64,000 nucleotides of DNA from an uncultured Bacilli bacterium. GTDB lineage: Bacteria > Bacillota_I > Bacilli_A > RF39 > UBA660. The notes under the pieces were generated by a model, which worked only from the letters and a program-made list of their open reading frames with translations, did no database searches and was not told where the DNA came from. Below, piece by piece: positions 55,249 to 64,000 of the stretch. The position numbers and the translations under genes are program-made. The stretch covers positions 630 through 64,629 of the forward strand of contig CAKONF010000003.1 in the NCBI GenBank assembly GCA_934097015.1, in the 5' to 3' direction. Within the stretch, counting starts at the first letter, position 1. Every line of letters starts with the position of its first letter.

Positions 55249-56334
55249 ATGGAAAAAGATAAAACAAAATCAGATAAGATAAAAATGCCAAAAACTAAAA
55301 AACAAAAATTGAAGTTGAAACATAAAAATTTGTGTTTTATAATTGGAGGTTTAATTATTGTAGTTATTTTACTTTTTGTTTTTGGAAATAAACCAAAAAA
55401 AGATTTGAAACCAAATAAAGTTAAGAAAGATATTCCAAAGAGTGAAATAAAAATTGTTAATCCTAATACAACATCTAGACCTTTTGCAGTGATGATAAAT
55501 AATGTTGGTGTGGCAAGACCTCTTCAAAGTGGTTTACAAGATGCTTATATAATGTATGAAATTATTGTAGAAGGTGGTATTACTAGATATTTAGCATTAT
55601 TTTTAGATGCTAATACAGAGAGAATAGGTTCTATAAGAAGTGCTAGACATTATTATTTAGATTATGCTTTAGAAAATGATGCAATTTATGTTCATCATGG
55701 ACAAAGTCCACAGGCACAAAGTGATTTTTCAGCTTTGGGTGTTGATAGAATAGTGGTTGATAATTCTAAAACTGGTTGGAGAGATAAATCTTTAAATGTT
55801 GCAAGTGAGCATACTTTATTTACGAGTATAGAAAAATTAAATAATGGTATAGGTAATAAAAGAACAGAGAGAAAAAAAGATTTACTACTTAATTATTCTG
55901 CTGATCCAATAGATTTATCTTCTATAAGTGATAGTGTAGTTGCAAATGCTGTCGTTATACCATATTCTAGTTATAGTACTACTTCATATAAATATAATTC
56001 AGATGAGAAAGTATATTATAGATTTGTTAATGATAAAGAACATGTTGATTACTCTACTAAAAAACAATATACATTTAAAAATATTATTACATATAAAGTT
56101 AGTAATTATACTTTAGATGATGCTGAAGGTAAAGGACGTCAAGGAATTAATAATATTGGTAGTGGAGAAGGTTATTATATTACTAATGGTTATGCTACAA
56201 AAATTAATTGGAAAAAAGATTGTAGAGAATGTCAAACTGTTTATACATATTTAGACGGAAAAGAAATAACTGTAAATGATGGCAATACATTTATTCAAAT
56301 ACAACCTAGTAATCAAGAATTAACTATAGAATAA
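55249..56334 (+). CDS. DUF3048 (YerB-like) domain protein
   Basis: N-terminal anchor, then RPFAVMINNVGVARPLQSGLQDAYIMYEIIVEGGITRYLALF. Confidence 0.7.
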   Translation: MEKDKTKSDKIKMPKTKKQKLKLKHKNLCFIIGGLIIVVILLFVFGNKPKKDLKPNKVKKDIPKSEIKIVNPNTTSRPFAVMINNVGVARPLQSGLQDAYIMYEIIVEGGITRYLALFLDANTERIGSIRSARHYYLDYALENDAIYVHHGQSPQAQSDFSALGVDRIVVDNSKTGWRDKSLNVASEHTLFTSIEKLNNGIGNKRTERKKDLLLNYSADPIDLSSISDSVVANAVVIPYSSYSTTSYKYNSDEKVYYRFVNDKEHVDYSTKKQYTFKNIITYKVSNYTLDDAEGKGRQGINNIGSGEGYYITNGYATKINWKKDCRECQTVYTYLDGKEITVNDGNTFIQIQPSNQELTIE

Positions 56335-56343
56335 GGTGATTTT

Positions 56344-56583
56344 ATGCAATATATTTTAGAAAATTATATGATAATAATTTTTGTTGGTTTATTTTTTGTT
56401 TTTGCTTTAATTGGATATTTAGTTGACATGTTAAAAAATAGTAAAGAAGAAGATAAAGTTGACATGCCAGAGGTTATAAAGCCAATAGAAATAAAAGATA
56501 TAAAAGATGATAAAAATACTAAAGATTCTAAAGAAATTGTTGATACAAAAGATGATTTGTTAGAAAATTATAATGATAAATAA
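56344..56583 (+). CDS. Small membrane protein
   Basis: 79 aa with one TM helix and an acidic tail. Confidence 0.45.
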   Translation: MQYILENYMIIIFVGLFFVFALIGYLVDMLKNSKEEDKVDMPEVIKPIEIKDIKDDKNTKDSKEIVDTKDDLLENYNDK

Positions 56584-56595
56584 TGTAAAGAATAA

Positions 56596-56625
56596 AAAAG
56601 AAGATTTAAATTGAGTCTTCTTTTT
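56596..56625 (+). terminator. Intrinsic terminator
   Basis: AAAAGAAGA...TCTTCTTTTT hairpin and T-run. Confidence 0.55.
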
Positions 56626-56680
56626 ATAGATTAATTAAAAAAAATTTGTTATAATATAATATATTGTAAGGAGTGATAGA

Positions 56681-57493
56681 ATGACTTTTACGGCAATTTG
56701 GAATGTTTTTACTAAAATTATAGATATTTGTCTAGTATGGATTATGTTTTACTTTATTTTTAAAAACATTAAAAATAATGTAAAAATGGTTTTAATTTTT
56801 AAGGGAGTATTAATAATATTATTAATAAAAATTTTAAGTAATATTTTAGATTTATATACTATTGGTATGTTATTAGAATATGTTTTATCTTGGGGACCAA
56901 TAGCAATTATAATAATATTCCAACCTGAAATTAGAAATGTCCTTGAAAGTATTGGAAGAAGTCAATTATTAGGTAGACACAAAGTATTGACTGTAGATGA
57001 GAGAGAAAAGATTGTTTTTGAAATAATGACCGCTGTTGAATATTTGAAGAAGAATAGAATAGGTGCTTTAATTGTTTTAGAAAGAAATATGTCTTTACAA
57101 GAATATATTGAACCTGCTAATAAAATATATTCTGATATAACTGCACCACTTTTAGATGCTATTTTCTTACCTCCAAATCCACTTCACGATGGTGGTGTAA
57201 TAATACAAGGTGATAAGTTAACTTGTGCTGGTGCAGTATTTAAAACAAGTATGAATCCTAATGTTAATAAAAAATTAGGTACGAGACATAGAGCTGCTCT
57301 TGGCGTAGCTGAAGAAACTGATGCTATTGCATTAGTAGTTAGTGAAGAGACTGGAAGAATTTCTATTGCAGTTGATAATCATTTATATTACAATCTAACT
57401 TTAGAAGAATTTAAAATAAAATTGTTAGATGAATTAAAACCTAAAAATGATGTTTTCTATGATGCTGATGAGGAGGATGATATAAATGAATAA
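56681..57493 (+). CDS. cdaA: Diadenylate cyclase CdaA
   Basis: Three N-terminal TM helices and a DAC domain with GALIVLER, PLHDGGVII and GTRHRAALGVAEETDAIALVVSEETG. Confidence 0.9.
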   Translation: MTFTAIWNVFTKIIDICLVWIMFYFIFKNIKNNVKMVLIFKGVLIILLIKILSNILDLYTIGMLLEYVLSWGPIAIIIIFQPEIRNVLESIGRSQLLGRHKVLTVDEREKIVFEIMTAVEYLKKNRIGALIVLERNMSLQEYIEPANKIYSDITAPLLDAIFLPPNPLHDGGVIIQGDKLTCAGAVFKTSMNPNVNKKLGTRHRAALGVAEETDAIALVVSEETGRISIAVDNHLYYNLTLEEFKIKLLDELKPKNDVFYDADEEDDINE

Positions 57494-58850
57494 GATTTTT
57501 AAACCTTTTATTGCATTATTTACATTTATTTATAAAATATTAGATACTTTAATAGTTTCTCCTATTAGTAGATTGATTTATAGAATTAGTAAAATTGGTA
57601 AAGGTAATACTAGTAAAATTGAAAAAATATTAAATAGACCTATTGTATTATTATATGTTTCATTATTTTGTGCTATTGCAGTATTTTATTTAGTTGATTC
57701 TAAAGTTATTTCTTTAGTTGATAATGAAGCTGAAATAATTAATGATCAAAAAGTTAATGTAATATATAATGAAGAAAATTATGTTGTCGAAGGTGTACCT
57801 GATACAGTTGATATTACTTTAATTGGTTCAAAAAGTAATTTGTATTTGGCTAAACAAATTGGAGATCATAAAGTAGTATTAGATTTAACTAATTATGAAC
57901 CAGGCACTTATAAAGTAAAACTTAAATATAATCATTCAATGAATAATATTAGTTATAAATTAGATCCTTCTACTGTATCTATTAAAATTAGTGAAAAAGA
58001 AAGTGAAGTATTTAATTTATCTTATGATTTAGTAAATGAAAATAAATTAGATAAGAAATTAAATATTAATAGTATTTCATTAGATAAGAGTGAAGTAATA
58101 GTTAAGGGTTCTAAAGAAACTTTGGCAACTATAGCTAATGTTAAGGCTTTAATTGATTTAGAAGCTGCTAATTTAACTACTAAGGGTGAATACACAGTTG
58201 ATTCTATAAAATTAGTTGCATATGATAATAATGGAAATAAAGTTAATAATGTTGAAATGGTTCCAAGTAATATAAGCGCAAAAATTAAGATTGATTCTTA
58301 TTCAGTTGATTTACCTGTTAAAGTTATTACTAAAGGTAATATAACTACTGGTTATGCATTAAATAGCATTACTTCATCAGTAAGTAAAGTAACTGTTTAT
58401 GGAGAAAAGGAATTACTTGATACATTAACTTATGTTGAGGCTCCTATAGATGTGACAGGATTAAGCACAGATAAGACATTTAATGGTGTTAATCTTACAA
58501 AACCAAATGGAGTTAGATATATGAGTAGTACTACAACTAGTGTGACTGTGACATTAGATCAAGAAAGTAGTAAAGAATTTGCTGGTATTGTAATTGAATC
58601 TAGAAATTTAGCAAATGGATATTCAGCATCTGCTCTTTCAGAAAAAGATAGAACTATTACTGTTCTTGCTAAAGGTGTAGTTAGTGCATTAGATAATTTA
58701 GATCCATCTAAGATTAAAGCATATATTGATTTAACTGGTTATACTGAAGGCACTTATGAAGTTGAGGTAAAACTTGAAACTGATGATTCTAGATTTACTT
58801 TGGTATCTACAAGTAATAAGGTTAATATAAAAATATCAAAAAGTAGTTAA
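57486..58850 (+). CDS. cdaR: CdaR (YbbR-domain) regulator of CdaA
   Basis: It overlaps the cdaA stop. There is an N-terminal TM helix followed by repeated ~90-aa beta-rich YbbR-like modules. Confidence 0.7.
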   Translation: MNKIFKPFIALFTFIYKILDTLIVSPISRLIYRISKIGKGNTSKIEKILNRPIVLLYVSLFCAIAVFYLVDSKVISLVDNEAEIINDQKVNVIYNEENYVVEGVPDTVDITLIGSKSNLYLAKQIGDHKVVLDLTNYEPGTYKVKLKYNHSMNNISYKLDPSTVSIKISEKESEVFNLSYDLVNENKLDKKLNINSISLDKSEVIVKGSKETLATIANVKALIDLEAANLTTKGEYTVDSIKLVAYDNNGNKVNNVEMVPSNISAKIKIDSYSVDLPVKVITKGNITTGYALNSITSSVSKVTVYGEKELLDTLTYVEAPIDVTGLSTDKTFNGVNLTKPNGVRYMSSTTTSVTVTLDQESSKEFAGIVIESRNLANGYSASALSEKDRTITVLAKGVVSALDNLDPSKIKAYIDLTGYTEGTYEVEVKLETDDSRFTLVSTSNKVNIKISKSS

Positions 58851-58869
58851 TTTGTGACTACTTTTTTTT
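58842..58869 (+). terminator. Intrinsic terminator after cdaR
   Basis: AGTAGT...ACTACT hairpin followed by a run of eight T. Confidence 0.6.
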
Positions 58870-58904
58870 GTTATATTATGTTAGAATTATTGTAGGGTGT
58901 TCGT

Positions 58905-59351
58905 ATGAATAAAGGATTTACGTTAGTTGAACTTATTGCTGTTGTTGTAATTTTGAGTTTATTAGCAATTATTACTACGCCTGCTTATACTAGTGTCAGT
59001 AATAATATTAAAACAAGAAATTATACATCTAAAAAAAATACAATAAAAAAAGAAACTTTGTCGTATGTAGAAAAATATTTAAAAAATGAAGCGTATAATG
59101 GAAATCAAAATAAGACATTATGTTTTTCTATAAATTATTTAATTAGAAATGGAATTATATCAAGTGATAATGAAAAAGATGAATATATTGAAAATAATAT
59201 TACTGGAGAAAAATATAGAGAAAAAGAAATTTTTATAAATATTTATTATGATACAGACCAATTAAAATTAATTGGCATTGTAAAAGGTGATAACGGTTTT
59301 AACTCTGAATGTGAAGATAAAGATAATGAAAGATTTATAAAATATGAATAG
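58905..59351 (+). CDS. Type IV prepilin / pseudopilin (N-terminal cleavage-methylation domain)
   Basis: MNKG|FTLVELIAVVVILSLLAII is the classic class III signal: G-1, F+1, E+5. Confidence 0.85.
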   Translation: MNKGFTLVELIAVVVILSLLAIITTPAYTSVSNNIKTRNYTSKKNTIKKETLSYVEKYLKNEAYNGNQNKTLCFSINYLIRNGIISSDNEKDEYIENNITGEKYREKEIFINIYYDTDQLKLIGIVKGDNGFNSECEDKDNERFIKYE

Positions 59352-59365
59352 AGGAATGATAAAGG

Positions 59366-60880
59366 ATGAAAAAGACAATTTTATTAATAATGGATGGTTT
59401 TGGTTATAGAGAAGAACCGCATGGAAATGCTATAATTGATGCACATATGGAAACATTTACTAATCTTTGGAATAAATATCCACATAGTATTTTAGAGGCA
59501 AGTGGTAGTTATGTTGGACTTCCTGATGGACAATTTGGAAATAGTGAAGTTTGTCATACTGCAATAGGAATTGGTAAAAAAATAAAACAAGATATTACAA
59601 TAATAAATGAAAGTGTGGATAGTGGTAAAATAAAAAAAATACCAGAATTGTTAGATTTAGTAGAGCATATTAAAACTAATGATTCTACATTACATTTAAT
59701 GGGGCTATTAAGTGATGGTGGAGTTCATTCTGATATAAATTATATGAAAAATTTAATTCCTGAATTAAAAGAATTAGGAGTAGAGAAAGTTATTTTTCAT
59801 GCAATAACTGATGGTAGAGATACTGATAGTATGTGTGCTTTAAAATTTATAGATGAAATGACTGAAGTTTTAAATCAAAATAATTTAGGTCATATTGGTA
59901 CTGTATGTGGTAGATTTTATGCTATGGATAGAGATAATAAATGGGAAAGAACAAGAGTTTATTCTGATTTAATTATAAATGGGAAAGGTCTTAAAATATT
60001 AGATACTAATGTTGCTATAAAGAATTGTTATAAAAGAGGATTGACTGACGAATTTTTACCTCCTTTAATACTTAATCCTGAATTTAAAATAAATGAACAT
60101 GATGGCTTGTTGTGGCTTAATTTTAGAAGTGATAGAGCTAGACAAATTTTAAAAAGTTTAACAGATCTTGCTTTTAATGAATATCCTATAGGGCATGTAA
60201 ATAATTTAAAAGTTGTTAGTCTGTTTCCTGTTCCAGAAGTTGAAGCTCCTACATTATTTGAGAAGGATTTAAGTGATATATATAGTATAGGTAGATATTT
60301 TAGCGATTTGGGTATGACTCAAGCTAGAGTTGCAGAAACTGAAAAATATGCTCACGTTACATATTTCTTTAATGGTGGTATAAATGATAAATTAAAAAAA
60401 TGTGATAATTATTTAATACCAAGTCCTAAAGTTGCAACGTATGATATGAAACCTGAGATGAGTATAGAAGATGTTGTTAAACAAGTGCTTAAATGTATAG
60501 ATAAGGATTATGATTTTATACTAGTTAATTTTGCTAATCCAGATATGGTTGGACATACTGGAAATTATGAAGCAGCAGTTAAGTCTTTATCATTTGTTGA
60601 TGATGGATTGAAAAAAATATATGATAAAGCTATGGATAATTTTTATGATTTATTAATTACAAGCGATCATGGAAATATAGATACTATGATAGATTCTCAT
60701 GGTGTACCTGTGACAACTCATTCTTTAAGTCCAGTTCCATTTATATTTTGTAATCAAAATGTTAAACTTAAAGAATATGGTGATATTACTATGATTGCAC
60801 CTACATTATTAAAATATATGGATATAAAAATACCTAGTAGTATGGAAAATACTCCATTGCTATTTAAAAGGGAGGATTAA
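59366..60880 (+). CDS. gpmI: 2,3-bisphosphoglycerate-independent phosphoglycerate mutase
   Basis: LIMDGFGYRE, GNSEVCHTAIG, DGRDT and NPDMVGHTG motifs in 504 aa. Confidence 0.9.
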   Translation: MKKTILLIMDGFGYREEPHGNAIIDAHMETFTNLWNKYPHSILEASGSYVGLPDGQFGNSEVCHTAIGIGKKIKQDITIINESVDSGKIKKIPELLDLVEHIKTNDSTLHLMGLLSDGGVHSDINYMKNLIPELKELGVEKVIFHAITDGRDTDSMCALKFIDEMTEVLNQNNLGHIGTVCGRFYAMDRDNKWERTRVYSDLIINGKGLKILDTNVAIKNCYKRGLTDEFLPPLILNPEFKINEHDGLLWLNFRSDRARQILKSLTDLAFNEYPIGHVNNLKVVSLFPVPEVEAPTLFEKDLSDIYSIGRYFSDLGMTQARVAETEKYAHVTYFFNGGINDKLKKCDNYLIPSPKVATYDMKPEMSIEDVVKQVLKCIDKDYDFILVNFANPDMVGHTGNYEAAVKSLSFVDDGLKKIYDKAMDNFYDLLITSDHGNIDTMIDSHGVPVTTHSLSPVPFIFCNQNVKLKEYGDITMIAPTLLKYMDIKIPSSMENTPLLFKRED

Positions 60881-60882
60881 TA

Positions 60883-62241
60883 GTGATTGATGTAAGTGTA
60901 TTAAGAGAAAATGATATTAGAGGAGTTTATGGTAAAAATATCACAGATGATTTTGCTTTAACTTTAGGTAAAGCTTTTGGTACTTATTTAATTAATGTTA
61001 ATAAATTAGAATGTGTTGTTGGTTATGATAATAGAGTAAGTGGAGAGGCTTTAGTTTTAAAATTGATTGAAGGATTAAGAAGTACTGGTATAAATGTTTT
61101 ATTTGTTGGTAAATGTACAACACCGTTATTAAATTATTCAACTATAAAAACTCATTTAGAAGCTGGTATAATTGTGACAGCTAGTCATAATCCTGCTAAT
61201 GAAAATGGATTTAAGTTATTTGGAGATAATTTTTTACATTTAAGTCATGATGAATTAGAAAAAGTTTATGATTTAATACAAAATGGTAAATTTGTAACTG
61301 GAAATGGTAAATTTGAATATAAAAATTTTAGTGATGATTATGTAGAAATGTTATCGAACTGTATAAAACCTTCTAATAAAAGGATTCGTATGGCAATTGA
61401 TCCTGGTAATGGTACAACTTCTTTATTTATTAATGACATTATAAGTAAATTTGAGAATATAGAAGCAATTTTTATAAATGATTATAGTGATGGTACTTTT
61501 CCAAATCATAATCCTGATCCAAATAGTGATAAGAATTTAACTGAATTAAAAAAGGTAGTTGTTTTAAATAATTGTGATTTTGGTGCTGCTTATGATGGCG
61601 ATGGAGATAGAATTGGAATAGTAGATAATTTAGGAAATACTATTGAAAGTGATAAGTTAATTGCTATATTTGCGAGAAATATTATACCAAATACAAGTAA
61701 TAAAAAAGTTTTGATGGATGTTAAGTGTTCTAATGCTTTAAAAATAGATGTTGAGAGATTAGGTGCTCGAGCTATAATGGTTAAAAACGGAAGTGCTTTT
61801 ATTGAAACTGAAATGCATGATTTAGATGTTTTAGTTGGTGGAGAGTATTCAGGACATATTTTCTTTAGAGACAGATATTATGGGTATGATGATGGTATTT
61901 ATGCAAGTTTGAGAATGTATGAATTGTTGAGTAATACAGATAAACGTTCTAGTGAATTACTTGATTGTTATACACATTATTTTAATACTCCTGAAGTACG
62001 TGTTAAAACTACAGATGATAAAAAATGGGATATATTAAATCTTGTAAAGGATTATGTTAAGAGTAAAAAATATAATTTTATAGATATTGATGGTGTTAGA
62101 GTAGTTTTTAATGATGGTTGGGCTTTAGTTAGATGTAGTAATACAGAACCTAGTATAACTATGAGATTTGAAGCTGAAACTGAGTTAAGATTAAATGAAA
62201 TAAGAAAAGAATTTGAAGATTTAGTTAACAGATTAGTGTAA
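60883..62241 (+). CDS. Alpha-D-phosphohexomutase (PMM/PGM-type motifs; GlmM-like position after cdaA-cdaR)
   Basis: Active-site loop TASHNPANENGFK, the Mg loop AYDGDGDR, and GGEYSGHIFF. GTG start. Confidence 0.75.
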   Translation: MIDVSVLRENDIRGVYGKNITDDFALTLGKAFGTYLINVNKLECVVGYDNRVSGEALVLKLIEGLRSTGINVLFVGKCTTPLLNYSTIKTHLEAGIIVTASHNPANENGFKLFGDNFLHLSHDELEKVYDLIQNGKFVTGNGKFEYKNFSDDYVEMLSNCIKPSNKRIRMAIDPGNGTTSLFINDIISKFENIEAIFINDYSDGTFPNHNPDPNSDKNLTELKKVVVLNNCDFGAAYDGDGDRIGIVDNLGNTIESDKLIAIFARNIIPNTSNKKVLMDVKCSNALKIDVERLGARAIMVKNGSAFIETEMHDLDVLVGGEYSGHIFFRDRYYGYDDGIYASLRMYELLSNTDKRSSELLDCYTHYFNTPEVRVKTTDDKKWDILNLVKDYVKSKKYNFIDIDGVRVVFNDGWALVRCSNTEPSITMRFEAETELRLNEIRKEFEDLVNRLV

Positions 62242-62270
62242 AGTTTTTCTGTTAACTATTTCTTTTATTT
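62224..62270 (+). terminator. Probable terminator overlapping the end of the phosphohexomutase gene
   Basis: GTTAACAG...CTGTTAAC 8-bp inverted repeat followed by T-rich sequence. Confidence 0.45.
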
Positions 62271-62292
62271 TTATATGTGTTATAATTAAAAT

Positions 62293-62466
62293 ACCTAGAG
62301 GATTGGTATACTTCATAAAACCGACTAAAGTGTGATATTGGGAGTCTAATTGATATGTGGTGTCGAATACTAGACCATTAAGTGAACTAGGATCCTAAAG
62401 CATATTATGTGATGCCCACCTGGCGAGAGCGGGTTTTTTATCACCTATACTGATTTCTGGGTTTTT
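62293..62466 (+). ncRNA. Candidate ~174-nt rod-shaped small RNA, 6S (SsrS)-like
   Basis: TGtTATAAT extended -10 at 62278-62286. The 5' arm 62293-62325 pairs with the 3' arm 62428-62462 (about 17 of 20 pairs in the closing stem, then AUAAAACC/GGUUUUUUAU). An asymmetric internal bubble lies at 62326-62339 versus 62418-62427. The structure has a further stem and apical hairpin, then a terminal U-run. Confidence 0.5.
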
Positions 62467-62481
62467 ATTTTGGAGGAAAAT

Positions 62482-63150
62482 ATGTTTGAGAGAGTAATCA
62501 GTTTAGTAGGAAATGAAAAATTTGAAAAATTAAAAAATATAAAGGTTTTAATTGTTGGTTGTGGTGGTGTAGGAGGTTATGCTTTAGAAACATTGGTAAG
62601 AAGTGGTATAAGCAATATTGATATAATTGATTTTGATAAGATTGATATTACTAATTTGAATAGACAAATTATTACTAATAAAGATAATATTGGATTAGAT
62701 AAAGTTGATGAAGCAAAAAAAAGAGTATTAAGTATTAATCCTGATATAAATATAAATGTTTATAAAATATTTTTAAATGACAATAATATTGATGAGATTC
62801 TAAGTAATAATTACGATTATATTATTGATGCTTGTGATTCTGTAGATACTAAAATAGAATTGATGAAAAAAAGTATTAGTAATAATTTTAAATTAATTTC
62901 TTGTATGGGTACTGCAAAAAAAATTGATCCTACAAAACTTTCAATTACTACTTTAGATAAAACTAATTATGATAAACTTGCTAAAGTCATTAGGAGAAAA
63001 ATAAGAGATTTAAATATTGCAAAAAAAATTGTAGTTGTTTCCAGTACAGAAGAAATTATTAAGTCTGATATACTTGGTAGTTTTATGATGGTACCTGCAT
63101 CTGCTGGAATACTTTGTGCTAAATATGTAATTAGTGATGTTTTAATATGA
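62482..63150 (+). CDS. tcdA: tRNA threonylcarbamoyladenosine dehydratase (ThiF/MoeB-fold, TcdA/YrvM-like)
   Basis: VLIVGCGGVGGYALETLVRSGI...IDFDKIDITNLNRQ. GGAGG lies 5 nt upstream of the ATG at 62482. Confidence 0.75.
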   Translation: MFERVISLVGNEKFEKLKNIKVLIVGCGGVGGYALETLVRSGISNIDIIDFDKIDITNLNRQIITNKDNIGLDKVDEAKKRVLSINPDININVYKIFLNDNNIDEILSNNYDYIIDACDSVDTKIELMKKSISNNFKLISCMGTAKKIDPTKLSITTLDKTNYDKLAKVIRRKIRDLNIAKKIVVVSSTEEIIKSDILGSFMMVPASAGILCAKYVISDVLI

Positions 63151-63204
63151 TTTGCAATTATTTATAAAATATATTATAATACAGCTTACAAAAGAGGGGA
63201 TTTT

Positions 63205-63915
63205 ATGAATATTTTATTTAGTGATTATGATGGTACTATAAAACCATTTGAAGATAATGCTAGTTTATATAAAAAACATGTATTTAATAAAAATATAAAA
63301 GCTATAGAAAATTTTATGAAAAATGGGAATAAGTTTGTTATTACAACAGCAAGAAATACATCTTCAATAAGTAGAGAAGTGTCAAAATATAATATATGTT
63401 TTGATTATTTAACTTCTTATAATGGTAGAGTTATATTAGATAAAGATGGTAAATTAATTCATTCAGATTGTATTAGTGTAGAATTATTTAAAGAAATAAG
63501 AGAAATATTAGAGAAGGTTAATATTAATAATGTAAAGTTATATGGACCTTTAGATTATGTTGATTTAGAACATATAGTAATATTTAAAATTAATGGTATT
63601 GATAGAATAGCTATATCTCTTTTAAAAAAATTATTAGAAAATTATCCTGATATTAAATTAAAAGTTAATTTTGATAACGATACTATATATATTTCTAAAA
63701 ATATTAATAAGAGTCATGGAATTGAAACTTTGTTAAATATTGAAAGTATTAATGTTGGTAAGAATAATGTTTATACAGTTGGTGATGGTTTTAATGATAT
63801 TGATATGCTAACTCATTATAATGGTTATAAAATGAGTAATTCTCATCCAGATGTTGATTATAGTATAGAAAATTCTACAAATACTTTATATAAATTGATT
63901 AAAAAAATTAAATAA
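63205..63915 (+). CDS. HAD-superfamily hydrolase, Cof-type (IIB)
   Basis: N-terminal FSDYDGT motif and C-terminal GDGFNDIDM motif. Confidence 0.8.
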   Translation: MNILFSDYDGTIKPFEDNASLYKKHVFNKNIKAIENFMKNGNKFVITTARNTSSISREVSKYNICFDYLTSYNGRVILDKDGKLIHSDCISVELFKEIREILEKVNINNVKLYGPLDYVDLEHIVIFKINGIDRIAISLLKKLLENYPDIKLKVNFDNDTIYISKNINKSHGIETLLNIESINVGKNNVYTVGDGFNDIDMLTHYNGYKMSNSHPDVDYSIENSTNTLYKLIKKIK

Positions 63916-64000
63916 AATATAATAATTATTATTTATTAAAATACTAGTATTTCTAGTATTTTTTTATATTGTAATTTCAACCGCACCACTTAATTTAATT

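Noticed and set aside
62242-62481. A T-box, riboswitch leader or simple terminator upstream of tcdA.
   Set aside because: There is no T-box core sequence (AGGGTGGTACCGCG-like). The apparent GCCC...GGGUUUUUU terminator is better explained as the 3' strand of a long helix pairing with AUAAAACC at the 5' side. I therefore call the region a rod-like sRNA candidate.

Overview
This is a very AT-rich chromosomal segment, about a quarter G+C by eye (not computed). It comes from a spore-forming Bacillota (Firmicutes) organism and is densely coded, mostly with core functions. These include a P-type Ca2+ ATPase, cotJ spore-coat genes, trmL, uppS and a yunB / yutD / CotS-like / nifU-like / S1 block syntenic with Bacillus. 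There are also two divergent tRNA clusters (10 tRNAs), an NrtR-type NUDIX regulator with a duplicated palindromic operator, a SEDS protein and a sporulation-type sigma factor. Further core genes are ku-ligD, two tandem comEA genes plus comEC, rny, an NMT1-type ABC transporter and a cysteine desulfurase/thioredoxin cluster. The window ends with gpsB-rnpB-rodZ-like-pgsA-recA, cdaA-cdaR, gpmI, a phosphohexomutase, tcdA and a HAD hydrolase.

The most unusual region is 22.1-32.4 kb. A Tad-type module (cpaB-like, cpaF, tadB, tadC) is preceded by three translationally coupled surface proteins I cannot classify. I see no Flp pilin, prepilin peptidase or TadZ with it. It is followed by a 349-nt gap holding a promoter-like site and an ~80-nt hairpin with a G11 homopolymer. 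Next comes a compositionally foreign gene for a protein with a SipW-type signal peptide and a TasA-like N-terminus, whose last ~280 nt switch abruptly to A-poor, CpG-rich DNA.

Other points worth a second look:
- comEC is followed by a diverged, frameshifted second copy of its own 3' end, with 1.7 kb of foreign-looking cargo in between.
- A ~174-nt rod-shaped RNA candidate (6S-like) lies upstream of tcdA.
- A ferredoxin carries a metallothionein-like Cys-rich tail.
- A CotJB-like protein has an N-terminal KKYDNDKYDF repeat.
- An orphan type IV prepilin gene sits inside the cdaA neighbourhood.

I saw no CRISPR array, integrase, transposase with terminal repeats, rRNA or reverse transcriptase. 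All family assignments come from motif recognition by eye, not from searches.
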